This document shows, piece after piece, positions 40,523 to 50,604 of a DNA stretch of 64,000 nucleotides. Both the position numbers and the translations under genes were made by a program. The notes under the pieces are model-generated. The model ran no database searches, was not told the DNA's origin, and was given only the letters and a program-made list of their open reading frames with translations. The stretch covers positions 64,001 to 128,000 of the forward strand of contig OZ219752.1 of assembly GCA_964291315.2 (NCBI GenBank). Direction: 5' to 3'. How positions within the stretch are numbered: the first letter of the stretch is position 1; each line of letters opens with the position of its first letter. This DNA is from Candidatus Poribacteria bacterium. Lineage in GTDB: Bacteria > Poribacteria > WGA-4E > WGA-3G.

Positions 40523-41058
40523 ACAAAAAGAGTGTCCAAATGCTCGGACAAATTGCTGGCGGGAGTATCACTGGGCTATTAGGCGGCTGGATATGCCTGT
40601 TACTATTTGAGAATTTTATTTGGCAGGTGCTGATCGGTGCTCGCATTAATCATGGTTTCTGGGTCGGTCTGTTTCTACTCATCGCTATAGGCACCACGTA
40701 CGGTGTTGTCATCGTAGGGACAAGTGTAGGTATGCGTTTTGTGAGTCAGAAATTCGGTGTAGATGTCCCGTTAAAACCGCTCTGTTCAGGAGCTTTTTTA
40801 GGACCACCTGCTGTCGTCGGCTTATTGGCATTGCTTAACGTTCCGTGGGAAATATTTGGTAGACCGAACCTTATTCTGGCCCTGCTTCTTCCGCTGCTTA
40901 AGGCATTGGCGTATGTTGTTTCTCTCCCCATGCGCGGATGGATATCTTTAGGCTTACCGGTCGAGATTTGGTATATCCTTGCTGTTCCTATCGGGGGGAT
41001 ATTCGGATATAAGTTAGCAGCAGGCGAAAATGCCGAAGTCAGTCCGGAACAGGGATAG
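40519..41058 (+). CDS. hypothetical integral membrane protein
   Basis: About 5 Gly-rich TM segments; ATGA overlap with the MTase stop. Confidence 0.7.
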   Translation: MNKKSVQMLGQIAGGSITGLLGGWICLLLFENFIWQVLIGARINHGFWVGLFLLIAIGTTYGVVIVGTSVGMRFVSQKFGVDVPLKPLCSGAFLGPPAVVGLLALLNVPWEIFGRPNLILALLLPLLKALAYVVSLPMRGWISLGLPVEIWYILAVPIGGIFGYKLAAGENAEVSPEQG

Positions 41059-41111
41059 ATAATATCAGAAAGGTTATTTTTTAATGAACGGTTGCGAAAA
41101 TCTAAGGCTGT

Positions 41112-42545
41112 ATGCTGGAGGTTTTACCTATCAACATGCAATATGATGATAAACCCAAGGACGAATGCGGCGTATTCGGTGTTTTTGGGCACCCAAAAGC
41201 CGTAGAGTTAACCTATTTGGGGTTACGCGCCCTTCAGCATCGAGGACAAGAGAGTAGTGGGATCGTCGCGTCAGATGGTGAGAACTTTACATATCACCAC
41301 GGTATGGGACTCGTCCACTCTGTCTTTGCGCCAGATATTCTACGGAAGCTGAAAGGGCATATCGCTATCGGACACAACCGATATTCAACGGCAGGGGAAA
41401 GCACACTAGAGAACGCGCAGCCTTTGGTTCGAAATTATAGGCAGGTCCCCCTCGCGCTTGGTCACAACGGCAACCTCGTCAATTCATCGTACATTCGAAG
41501 CCATCTGGAGAGTGTGGGGTCAATCTTTAGCACAAGTTTGGATACGGAAGTCATTTTCCATCTCATAGCGCGTTCACGGCAGCAAATTTTGGAAAATAGA
41601 ATTATCGACGCACTTCGAAGTATTGAAGGTGCCTATTCGTTCGTATGCATGGATAAAAACACGCTCATAGGGGCTCGAGATCCACACGGGTTTCGTCCGC
41701 TCTGGCTCGGTAGACTTGATGATACCTATGTTCTGGCGTCCGAAACATGCGCACTTGATGTGATTGAAGCAGAACCGATACGCGAAGTGGAACCCGCGGA
41801 GTTAATATTAATACGATCCGAACATCGCGGGGCAGAGTCCTTCCGTTTTCGCGAGAGAGAACCAAAATTATCGCAGTGCATCTTTGAATATATCTATTTG
41901 GCGCGCCCTGACGGTATGATGTTCGGTCAGAACGTGAATAGCACGCGCCGTGAGTTCGGCAGGCAGCTCGCCCGTGAACACCCCGTCCAGGCGGATGTAG
42001 TTATCCCGGTCCCCGACTCTGCCACGATTGCTGCACTCGGATATGCCGAGGAATCGGGCATCCCGTTCGATTTAGGGTTATCAAGAAACACTTTCGTTGG
42101 ACGCTCTTTTATGAACCCTACACAGGATATCAGAGAACTCATGGTGAAGATAAAGTTGAACCCAGTGCGCGATGTCCTCCGCGGCAAGCGGGTGGTGCTT
42201 GTAGATGATTCTATTATGCGCGGAACAAACAGTAGAAAGCTCATCAAAATCGTTCGGGAAGGGGGTGCAACCGCCATCCACCTCCGCATTGCATCTCCCC
42301 CGAATAAATTTTCATGTTTCTATGGTGTCGATACACCAACACGCGACGAGCTAATTGCTAGTTCACATACGATTGAAGAGATTTGTAAATATATTTGTGC
42401 TGACAGCCTCGGTTATCTCAGCATCGATGGAATGCTCAATTCGGTAAAAGCACCACGAGATTTTTGTACTACCTGTTTTGATGGAAAGTATCCAGTCCCC
42501 TTCGTGGATGAGCCTTCGGAACAGCTGCCCCTAATTATAGACTGA
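41112..42545 (+). CDS. purF: amidophosphoribosyltransferase
   Basis: Propeptide + CGVFG; LQHRGQE, GHNRYST, HNGN, VDDSIMRG; C-terminal CxxC. Confidence 0.97.
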   Translation: MLEVLPINMQYDDKPKDECGVFGVFGHPKAVELTYLGLRALQHRGQESSGIVASDGENFTYHHGMGLVHSVFAPDILRKLKGHIAIGHNRYSTAGESTLENAQPLVRNYRQVPLALGHNGNLVNSSYIRSHLESVGSIFSTSLDTEVIFHLIARSRQQILENRIIDALRSIEGAYSFVCMDKNTLIGARDPHGFRPLWLGRLDDTYVLASETCALDVIEAEPIREVEPAELILIRSEHRGAESFRFREREPKLSQCIFEYIYLARPDGMMFGQNVNSTRREFGRQLAREHPVQADVVIPVPDSATIAALGYAEESGIPFDLGLSRNTFVGRSFMNPTQDIRELMVKIKLNPVRDVLRGKRVVLVDDSIMRGTNSRKLIKIVREGGATAIHLRIASPPNKFSCFYGVDTPTRDELIASSHTIEEICKYICADSLGYLSIDGMLNSVKAPRDFCTTCFDGKYPVPFVDEPSEQLPLIID

Positions 42546-42586
42546 CCTCTTGTCTTGAGATGAGATGACAGAACGTTGCACTCAAA

Positions 42587-42640
42587 GGAAAATTTTATGC
42601 AGTACAAAACTTGGGAAGATTTTATGCAGTACAAAACCTG
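42587..42640 (+). repeat. 27-bp tandem duplication of RBS + start codon
   Basis: ggaaaattttatgcagtacaaaacttg / ggaagattttatgcagtacaaaacctg (25/27 identical). Confidence 0.85.
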
Positions 42641-42932
42641 TAGTAAACAGATAGGAACAGCGCAAGGAACACATACGCTTATATCTCTGCTCGGATGTGC
42701 AATCCTCGGCATGGTTCTGAGCAGAATTCTCCCGTTTTTGATTGGAAAATTGCGCCCTAACCTAGCCCCGGAGGTAGCCGAGGAGATTGGTGTCCTTGTT
42801 GCCTTAGGTATCAGCGGCGTCTTATTAATCATCAGCCTCTTGAAACCGAGGAAACCAAGTATTTCTCCGCTTCGCAGACAATTATTAAAGGGAAAAGTAT
42901 TAAAGGAAAACGAAAAATCAGATGGTATCTAA
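42597..42932 (+). CDS. small 2-TM hypothetical protein between purF and purM
   Basis: Two hydrophobic segments and a basic tail; overlaps the purM start; start ATG 42597 or 42624. Confidence 0.55.
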   Translation: MQYKTWEDFMQYKTCSKQIGTAQGTHTLISLLGCAILGMVLSRILPFLIGKLRPNLAPEVAEEIGVLVALGISGVLLIISLLKPRKPSISPLRRQLLKGKVLKENEKSDGI

Positions 42933-43962
42933 AAAGTCGTTGACCTACGCCGATGCTGGTGTCTCATTTGCAGCTGAAGCTGAGGCGATAAAACGATTAA
43001 AAGGGTTGGCTCAGACGACCTATCGCCCAGAAGTCCTTAGCGATGTAGGCAGTTTTGGTGGGCTCTTTGCACTCAAAGCATACGATGAGCCTGTGCTTGT
43101 CTCCAGTACAGATAGTGTAGGCACAAAACTGAAAGTTGCGTTTAAAGCGTCACGACACAATACTGTCGGCTTTGACATTGTCGCACATTGTGGAAATGAT
43201 ATCGTTGTGCAGGGAGCCGAGCCGATCTTCTTTCTAGATTACATCGGTATCAACAAAGTCATACCAGCGGTTATCGAGCAGATTGTTGAAGGACTGGCAT
43301 CCGGTTGCAGAGAGATTGGATGTGCACTAATCGGTGGTGAAATCGCCGAACTCCCCGATTTTTATGCGCTCGGTGAATACGACTTGGTCGGCACAATCGT
43401 TGGTGTTGTAGAAAAAAAAGACGTGATTACTGGAAGCACGATTGCACCTAGAGATAAACTCATTGGGTTAGCCTCAGCAGGTCTACACACCAACGGTTTT
43501 TCATTGGCGCGTCGTATTCTCTTCGAACAGGGCAACTATGACGTTGACACCAACCTACCGAAACTCTCAGAAACAGTTGGAGAAGCACTTCTTACGCCTC
43601 ATAAGAGTTATGTAAAGTCTGTGCTAGCACTCCGCGAGGTATGCAAGATTAAAGGACTAGCACACATCACTGGTGGCGGACTCCCGGCGAATGTGCTGAG
43701 GATACTACCGAAAGGGTGTGTAGCCCACATCCGAAAAGGGACATGGGAGATCCCTTCTATTTTCTCGTTTCTACAGACAAAAGGAGACATCGAAGAAGAT
43801 GAGATGTACAGGGTTTTCAATATGGGGATTGGAATGGTCATCGTCCTTTCACCTGACGATGTTAATGCTGCAATATCGTCTCTTGATGCCTCTGGCGAAT
43901 CGACCTTTCTCATTGGAGAAGTAGTTGCAGGTGAAAAGGAGGTACGAGGTGTTGCTTCTTAA
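42922..43962 (+). CDS. purM: phosphoribosylformylglycinamidine cyclo-ligase
   Basis: TYADAGV, TDSVGTK, GGEIAE, GLHTNGFSL, AHITGGG and FNMGIG motifs. Confidence 0.97.
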   Translation: MVSKKSLTYADAGVSFAAEAEAIKRLKGLAQTTYRPEVLSDVGSFGGLFALKAYDEPVLVSSTDSVGTKLKVAFKASRHNTVGFDIVAHCGNDIVVQGAEPIFFLDYIGINKVIPAVIEQIVEGLASGCREIGCALIGGEIAELPDFYALGEYDLVGTIVGVVEKKDVITGSTIAPRDKLIGLASAGLHTNGFSLARRILFEQGNYDVDTNLPKLSETVGEALLTPHKSYVKSVLALREVCKIKGLAHITGGGLPANVLRILPKGCVAHIRKGTWEIPSIFSFLQTKGDIEEDEMYRVFNMGIGMVIVLSPDDVNAAISSLDASGESTFLIGEVVAGEKEVRGVAS

Positions 43963-44710
43963 TACAGATACACAGACGATACCATCCTTTTTAGACGAAG
44001 GTGCAGTGGAAGAATTGACAGCACTGCTGGACGAAACACATCCGAAAATTGTTTTGGCAGCCTTGCAAAATGTAGAAGACAGCGACGCTGCCGTATTTTT
44101 TGTAATGTGTGCACACCTAAAGAGTGATTCCGGTGGAGGTACCCTCGCCGCGCATGCCGGAACGCTTTTTGCGCAGTTGTCGTTCGAGAAACGGGTTAGC
44201 ATTGCTGAGAAAATAGCTACAACGGAGGTTGTTGATGCAGAACGTGCAACACAAATCTGGTACGAGCATATTGCCGAAATTAAAGAGACGCTCGAAAAAA
44301 CCGCTTTCTTGGGGAAAGGCACAACGAATCTTGCGAAACTGCTATCATATATGGCCGTGCATGATCAAAATCAATTGTTAGAGGTATTAGCAGAAAAAGA
44401 TCCGGAGATGGTAAGCAATATTTCTGAACAACTTTTTACCTTTGAGGGACTTAGTAGGTTGGAAAGCGAGTCGATTAAAGTGATTCTCAAAGTATTAGAT
44501 ACACAGACTTTAGCTGTTGCACTACACAACGCACCCTCTACGGTAAACGACCGATTTTTTGAAAACATGTCTGCATCGCAAGTAGAAGCAATCAGAGCAG
44601 AAAACGATAAATTAACGTTTGAGCAGACACAAGTCGCCGATACAGCCCGTCAGTCTGTCGTCAATTTAGTACGCAATTTCGCAGCGAAAGGGTTGTTAAA
44701 ACTTGAATAA
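43949..44710 (+). CDS. FliG middle/C-terminal domain-like protein (orphan)
   Basis: ETHPKIV (EHPQ-like), LFTFEGL (MFxF-like), LAVAL, FFENMS and final ARQSVVNLVR..G; GTG start behind AAGGAGGT, overlapping purM. Confidence 0.75.
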   Translation: MLLLNTDTQTIPSFLDEGAVEELTALLDETHPKIVLAALQNVEDSDAAVFFVMCAHLKSDSGGGTLAAHAGTLFAQLSFEKRVSIAEKIATTEVVDAERATQIWYEHIAEIKETLEKTAFLGKGTTNLAKLLSYMAVHDQNQLLEVLAEKDPEMVSNISEQLFTFEGLSRLESESIKVILKVLDTQTLAVALHNAPSTVNDRFFENMSASQVEAIRAENDKLTFEQTQVADTARQSVVNLVRNFAAKGLLKLE

Positions 44711-44839
44711 ATAAAGGTATTTCCGGACCTTTTCCATAATGAACTTCTCCTAAAAATCCTTTATTTTAAGATGACCGCTTTTCGAGTCGCAGCGGGATCA
44801 TCTGCCGTGAGCGTATAGAAATAGCTCTAAACCGTATGA

Positions 44840-45796
44840 TCAGTTGTTCTTAAACCTGAACTTATAAGGTATAGCAACCTGCTTGCTGATCGGTTCGCCG
44901 CCCTTCATAGCAGGACGAAAGGTTGTCTTCTTCAAGGCTTCAATCGCTGCCTCTTCAAATCCGAATCCGAGGTTCGTGAGTGCTTTGATGTTTCGGGGGA
45001 TGCCGTTCTCATCAATAGTTGCTTGCAAGAGAACCTCGCCCTCCTTTTCCGCTTTTTCTGCGAGAGCTGGATACTTCGGCTCTACTCTAAACTTGTACTG
45101 AGGGTTTGTGACACCAGGTTCCGGCTCGAAATCCACACCTACTAACCCGGGCACTTCGTCTAATATATCAGTATCAAGCTTGTTAATCTGTGAAGGAACT
45201 TCACGTTGTATCTCAAAATCTGGTGCTTTTATCTTTGGTTCCAAGGTCCGAGTCGGCTGGACAAAATTTCGATCAACCTCTATCATTTTCGGCCCCGCAT
45301 CAGCATCCGGCGCGGATAAGTCAATATCAGTATCCTGCCCTTGATCAATCACAAATCCATCATCCACTAACGATTGAGGCAGGTCAGTTACTATCGGTCT
45401 CTGGATTGGGATATCTTGCTTCTGCTGCTGTTGGGTATTCTTGAACTTAAGGGTCTCTCTACGCCGGAAACGACGCTTGGTTTTTGCCTCTTCTGTGACG
45501 ATACTAATATTAAATGTTTCTTGATTCATTTCAATTTGTTCAACGATAAAAAAAGCACTAACGACCAAACCAACAATTATGTGAAATAAGACTGCAACTG
45601 AAAACGCTGTGGAACTCTGTCCGATGCGTCTTTGTGTGATCGGATGCTGCACTACGTTTGCTCGCGCAATAGAGATTTTGTGCTGTTGATGGGAATCCAA
45701 AGGAACCTTCTTTAGGGCAACAAAACGCTTCGGTTTTTTACGTTCTGCCCGACGTTGTCGCATTCCGGTAAGCATGTCGGACGTTCTGCTACTCAT
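44840..45796 (-). CDS. tonB: energy transducer TonB family protein
   Basis: Single TM with S..FH; C-terminal PKYP..A...EGEV...IDENG...GFEEAAIEA...FRPA. Confidence 0.85.
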   Translation of the reverse strand: MSSRTSDMLTGMRQRRAERKKPKRFVALKKVPLDSHQQHKISIARANVVQHPITQRRIGQSSTAFSVAVLFHIIVGLVVSAFFIVEQIEMNQETFNISIVTEEAKTKRRFRRRETLKFKNTQQQQKQDIPIQRPIVTDLPQSLVDDGFVIDQGQDTDIDLSAPDADAGPKMIEVDRNFVQPTRTLEPKIKAPDFEIQREVPSQINKLDTDILDEVPGLVGVDFEPEPGVTNPQYKFRVEPKYPALAEKAEKEGEVLLQATIDENGIPRNIKALTNLGFGFEEAAIEALKKTTFRPAMKGGEPISKQVAIPYKFRFKNN

Positions 45797-46070
45797 CTTT
45801 TTTCCTCCTACCTACAAAGAGAAGAATGGATAACTCCGGCCTTAGGTACTGCTTGTTATAGACCGTATACGAAAAAGTTCTAATGAAATGAGCACCTCAA
45901 AAAACTAAGACTATCGAATCTATTTTGACATCAAAAGTCAAGAAAAGGTTTAATACGGGCTATGGGAGCTGACACAATTTTCGTCCGAAGGCCCGGCAAT
46001 AATTATAATATACTTCCTTTTCCGTATTAATTTTATCAATTTTACATGCAAACAATTTGCGACACTTCTA

Positions 46071-48329
46071 TTACGGGTTCCACCAATAGGTCATTTTTGC
46101 GACAACCGTTGAATCCAAGAGTGTAGACTTCGTGGTACCGTCGGTATCGTAAGTCTGATTGAACACGAAATAGAAATCGCTTCCTGGGCGATAGATGTAA
46201 TTGATTAGAAAGTTGGTAGCCACAACGTCCGTATCGGTATTCCATTGGGCAAAGAACTTTGCGAAGAGTGCAGTAGAAAAAGAGTAATCAAGCCTACCTC
46301 TAAAAAGGTTGACGTAGACGGGACGAGGCTGCCCGTCGGTAAAATATGCGATCGGCAGGTCTACTATCTGATTAAATTGGTACTGTGCGCTCAGACTTAT
46401 ATGTCTATTCGGTTTAAGAGTGGTTTCTACATATGCCCTGCGAACTTCGCCCTTATAGAAGTCCTCAATCCCACCTCCGAGGGTTGTACTGATTGATCGG
46501 TTTTCACTGCTGGCAACACGGATGTGATATGCGTTGGAGGAGTAGCTCCCTATCGGAATCTCCAGACCGTCCCTAAACTCGAAAACCTCGCTGAGTCGTT
46601 CGAGGGTGTGTTTAGCGTTGAGAAGGATATAGTCTCCACTGTCAAATTGCAACCAATTGGTGTAGGAAATGTCCCACTCTTCTAATTCGTTGTCATGATT
46701 TAACAGATAGTTCATTTCTGGTCCCGTCCAAACCTGTCGAATTCTGAATCTTTGCGGCGCGGGTGTCCAACGCATCTCTCCGCGGAAGTGCCGAATCCCG
46801 GTGCGCCTTACGTATCCCACGCCAGGGTTGAAATCTTCATCAATGTCGGTATACGCTCCCTCCAAGCGCAAACGGTTTTGCCGCCAGCGGGAACCGAGAT
46901 ACCAGGCATTATTGTGTCCAGACGCATCTGGTTCAAACGTACGAGACCACATACCTCGAACATCCACGTTATCGTTGGGACGGTACTCAAAATCAAGACC
47001 ACCCGCGCGATTGTAGTCTCCAACTCCGTCCTTATTTACAGCAATCATTCCGATACGCGAACCTGAAGCCACGTCTTTTGTAAGACGTAGCACAGAATAA
47101 TTGGTGCGGGGTATGTCGATAGGATCATCATCGGTATTAGTATCGTGGAACTCGTCTGTCAGGACGTTAAGAAAACCTATACCGTACGAACCTATTTTAC
47201 CACTTGCTTTTCCCCCAAAGATAATCGGAATTGCACTTTCTTCTGCAAGTCCAATACGGCGGCTGTAGAAAAGGAGCATAGGTGGCGGGCGGCGGAGATT
47301 GCTGCGCGGTATGCCGAAATCAAAGAGACCCGCGCCTTCTAAAAAGAAGGGACGCTTTTCAGGAAAAAAGAGGTTAAATCGAGTGAGATTTATCTGTTCC
47401 TCATCTGCTTCGACTTGTGCGAAGTCGGTGTTGTAAGTGATGTCTGCAGTCAGATTTGATGTAATGCCATACTTAGCATCAAAGCCTACTTTAAGCTTTC
47501 TCTCAGTCTCAAGTCCTGTGTCATCGCCATTAATTTGAGTCACGCCGGGAAGGATGTAAGGCAGTACTTCCAAATTCCGAGAAGGGGTAATCTCTGAAAG
47601 TCCAACAATTTTTCCAAGGTTGGCAGTCCGATACTTTGCCATGCCTCCATAGGAAGCTGGAACGGGTACCCATATCATCTCTTCTTGGTTTCGCGCGAGC
47701 TCGCGCCCGGCGTTCATCCCCCAGACTATCTGACCGCCGTGCTTGAAACGAAGCTGGCTAAACGGGATACTCAATTCGGAAGTCCAATAGGTATCATTGA
47801 TTTTCGACTGACACTCCACAACGGCATCCCAATCCCTGTTGAGCGTGTCCCCGCTGTTTGTTACGGCTCTGTCTTGTATAGCTCCGAGAGCATTCATCCG
47901 AAAGAAAAAGCCACTTCGCTTGTCGTTATATGTGTCGAGAATCAAAAATACAGTGTCGTTTTCGTGCAGATCTTGGGCATCGCGGCGCATCTCATTTGCA
48001 ACAAGCTTTGACATATCTGAATCGAAGCAAGTAAAACCGAAATAGATGTTCTCGTTATCATAGAGAACCCGAACCTCCATCGATTCGGAGCCAATTTCAC
48101 CTTCGTACGGCTCGATTTGCACAAACCTGTCAATCGGTTCTGCTCGTTGCCAATCTTCTTCTGTTAAATCCCCATCAATCTCGATGGTTTGGTAGGTCCG
48201 ATACGCCTTTACTTCCTGATCGTACGATTCACCACTGACACTAGCAATATCAATCTGCGAAAATGTAATAATAAACAAAAGAATAGTAATTTTTTGAAAT
48301 TTCAGGCGAGAAAATAGATGCTCCTCCAC
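46071..48329 (-). CDS. CBM9-like sugar-binding + DUF5916 outer-membrane protein
   Basis: IDGDL.E..W, E..IPFSQLRF, NTDFAQVEAD and FPEKRPFFLEG motifs; beta-barrel-like C-terminus. Confidence 0.85.
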   Translation of the reverse strand: MEEHLFSRLKFQKITILLFIITFSQIDIASVSGESYDQEVKAYRTYQTIEIDGDLTEEDWQRAEPIDRFVQIEPYEGEIGSESMEVRVLYDNENIYFGFTCFDSDMSKLVANEMRRDAQDLHENDTVFLILDTYNDKRSGFFFRMNALGAIQDRAVTNSGDTLNRDWDAVVECQSKINDTYWTSELSIPFSQLRFKHGGQIVWGMNAGRELARNQEEMIWVPVPASYGGMAKYRTANLGKIVGLSEITPSRNLEVLPYILPGVTQINGDDTGLETERKLKVGFDAKYGITSNLTADITYNTDFAQVEADEEQINLTRFNLFFPEKRPFFLEGAGLFDFGIPRSNLRRPPPMLLFYSRRIGLAEESAIPIIFGGKASGKIGSYGIGFLNVLTDEFHDTNTDDDPIDIPRTNYSVLRLTKDVASGSRIGMIAVNKDGVGDYNRAGGLDFEYRPNDNVDVRGMWSRTFEPDASGHNNAWYLGSRWRQNRLRLEGAYTDIDEDFNPGVGYVRRTGIRHFRGEMRWTPAPQRFRIRQVWTGPEMNYLLNHDNELEEWDISYTNWLQFDSGDYILLNAKHTLERLSEVFEFRDGLEIPIGSYSSNAYHIRVASSENRSISTTLGGGIEDFYKGEVRRAYVETTLKPNRHISLSAQYQFNQIVDLPIAYFTDGQPRPVYVNLFRGRLDYSFSTALFAKFFAQWNTDTDVVATNFLINYIYRPGSDFYFVFNQTYDTDGTTKSTLLDSTVVAKMTYWWNP

Positions 48330-48418
48330 AAACGTTACCTCCCTTAGCGAAAGGGATATTAAATTAATTTTTTAAGGCACTTTTCTTAATGAAATAGTAA
48401 TAATTTAGACGTTCGTTT

Positions 48419-48442
48419 TGAAAATAGGTGTACCTATTTTCA
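48419..48442. promoter_or_regulatory. near-perfect 24-bp palindrome (operator or terminator)
   Basis: tgaaaataggt-gt-acctattttca between the receptor gene and the CBM9 gene. Confidence 0.5.
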
Positions 48443-48467
48443 TGCCAAACACGATACGCAAACCGTA

Positions 48468-50582
48468 TCAGAATTCAAGCGTTCCGACGACTGCAAAAAA
48501 GGGAACTATATGTAATTGATCAATGGGGACTTGCTTTGTAAAGTCTGAATTATAGCGAACTTGAAGCAAATTGCTGCGATTATAGGCATTCCATAGTTCC
48601 AAAGTAATTCCGCCTTTCCATCTGTCGGTCACGAAAAAGGTTTTGTGGAATCGTAAATCCAAGCGATGATATGCTGTTGTTCGCTCTGGATCGCCATAAA
48701 TCGGCAACCAGGTCTTGTTTTTTGTAAATGGGTTGATATACCGTTCTCTGTCTAACAAAGGTGAGTACAAAACTCCGCTCTTATAGTGCCAATTCGCGCC
48801 AAATTCCCAAGATCCTAACAAATAATTCAGACCAATTCCCAAAACATGCGGTGTGCTATACATATAAAAACGTTCCTCGTCCCTTGCGGAGTCTTGACGT
48901 TTGGAAAGAGTATAGGCATAGGAGAGCCAACTCCGAAAAACGTCAGTTATTTCATGCTCCAATGAAACCTCAATTCCCCTTACATAGCCGGTCCGCTGAT
49001 TTTCATAGCGACTTTCGGATTCGTTGTAAGTAACCATATCGCGCTGATTTTTGTAATAACCAGAGACTCCTACCCGTATCTGCGAAACTAACGGTATTCG
49101 CGGTTTCAACCCTTTCTCCATAGTTATAACATAGTGTCTTGCTAGACTTGGGCCGATCTCAGGATTCTCCGCTCCAAGGACCACTTGGTAGAGCCGTGGG
49201 TTTTGAATGTAAACGCCGTACATAAAGCGGATATCTATTGGAAAAAACGACAGTCTATCAACATTCGCAAAGTCGGGTCCAAGCGTTATACCGAGGAGTC
49301 CGCGGGGTTGAAGTGAAAATGTGTCTGTCAGCTTGAGATAACTCGTTCGCATACCCAGAGTAGCGTAGATGTCAGCATAATGGACCGAAGGCAGCTCTTG
49401 CGTCGCTTGTAGGTACCCTTCAAGAGGGTACAAGATTTTAGATGTGTGTGTAATAATTTTTTTCCCATCTCGCTTAAGCCTGAAGTTATAGTTCCAATCC
49501 CCTTCTTCAACGGGGCGCGTGCCGTTGCTAATCAGTGTTGTCGGAAGACTTGAAACGGAAAAACCGGACTCCAATAGGGTTGTTGGGAATTTAACCCAAT
49601 ACTCGAGATCGCCCCGTAGGGCATAGACGCTTTCAGTATCCCGATAGAAATAGCCGTCGCCAAAACTAAGTTCTGTGCGAGAAAATGAACGCGTCAACGA
49701 TACAACGGAACTGAAACGCTTCTTCTTTTCAGAATAGAGATGGATGCCCTGTGAGTCAAACGGACTATTTGAACTGAGCAGCCCGGGCAGGTCGCCTTCA
49801 GACACTTCGTCCAGAGTAAAATTCAATTTGGCAGAATCGCCCGCAGCGATAGCATTGACAACTAACGTGTGAGCATTGCTTAATTGGTAGACTCCTTTTC
49901 CTTGATAGCTCCAGAAATGTGGCACCTCGGTTGTCAAGTCATTTTCGATTTCTAGCAGGCGCGGTAGCAATTCAAAAAGAGGCTCTAGGTAGCTCCACCG
50001 CCCAAAGGTGTGCCAATATCCCTGTTCCCCTATGTTTCCCTCAAAGAAAGCTTGTCCATATACTGGGTTAAGGTTGACTGTACCAGCGAAAGAGGTATCG
50101 GTCTTGGAACGAGAGTAGATGTCAATCACAGATTGTGAGTTGGAACCGAATTCTGTCCCGTACCCACCGGGATAGACATCAATATTTTCAATTACCTCAG
50201 CGTTGAGTGTTGAAACAATTCCCTGAAGGTGATACGGATACCCCAGCGGCAATCGATCGAAGTAATAAAGATTGTCTTCAGGCCCACCGCCACGTACAGA
50301 AAGGATTCCGACGAAATCGTTTAGCAGGCCAACACTTGGTAGCTTGTTTAGCGCGCGAATCGGGTCCCCGCCGCTCGCTATCGCTCCCTGGACTGCCGGA
50401 CCCCTGAAAGTATAACGCGGTTTCTTTTCCAACCGTTCTGTCTTAGTCTCTATTGCATCGAAGGTGTAAACGTCCTCTGATGCCTCGTTTTCCCGCGAAA
50501 CAGGCTTGACCGTGTCATCGTCGGCTTGCGCGAAGCCGCACAATGTGCCTATCAGCATGAAGAGGGTCCATATCAGTCTCAT
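48468..50582 (-). CDS. TonB-dependent receptor
   Basis: Signal peptide; plug VRGG..EDN..., YPGGY; YHRLDLR; ends in EF. Confidence 0.88.
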   Translation of the reverse strand: MRLIWTLFMLIGTLCGFAQADDDTVKPVSRENEASEDVYTFDAIETKTERLEKKPRYTFRGPAVQGAIASGGDPIRALNKLPSVGLLNDFVGILSVRGGGPEDNLYYFDRLPLGYPYHLQGIVSTLNAEVIENIDVYPGGYGTEFGSNSQSVIDIYSRSKTDTSFAGTVNLNPVYGQAFFEGNIGEQGYWHTFGRWSYLEPLFELLPRLLEIENDLTTEVPHFWSYQGKGVYQLSNAHTLVVNAIAAGDSAKLNFTLDEVSEGDLPGLLSSNSPFDSQGIHLYSEKKKRFSSVVSLTRSFSRTELSFGDGYFYRDTESVYALRGDLEYWVKFPTTLLESGFSVSSLPTTLISNGTRPVEEGDWNYNFRLKRDGKKIITHTSKILYPLEGYLQATQELPSVHYADIYATLGMRTSYLKLTDTFSLQPRGLLGITLGPDFANVDRLSFFPIDIRFMYGVYIQNPRLYQVVLGAENPEIGPSLARHYVITMEKGLKPRIPLVSQIRVGVSGYYKNQRDMVTYNESESRYENQRTGYVRGIEVSLEHEITDVFRSWLSYAYTLSKRQDSARDEERFYMYSTPHVLGIGLNYLLGSWEFGANWHYKSGVLYSPLLDRERYINPFTKNKTWLPIYGDPERTTAYHRLDLRFHKTFFVTDRWKGGITLELWNAYNRSNLLQVRYNSDFTKQVPIDQLHIVPFFAVVGTLEF

Positions 50583-50604
50583 GTTCTCGTTGTATAAAAA
50601 AAGA

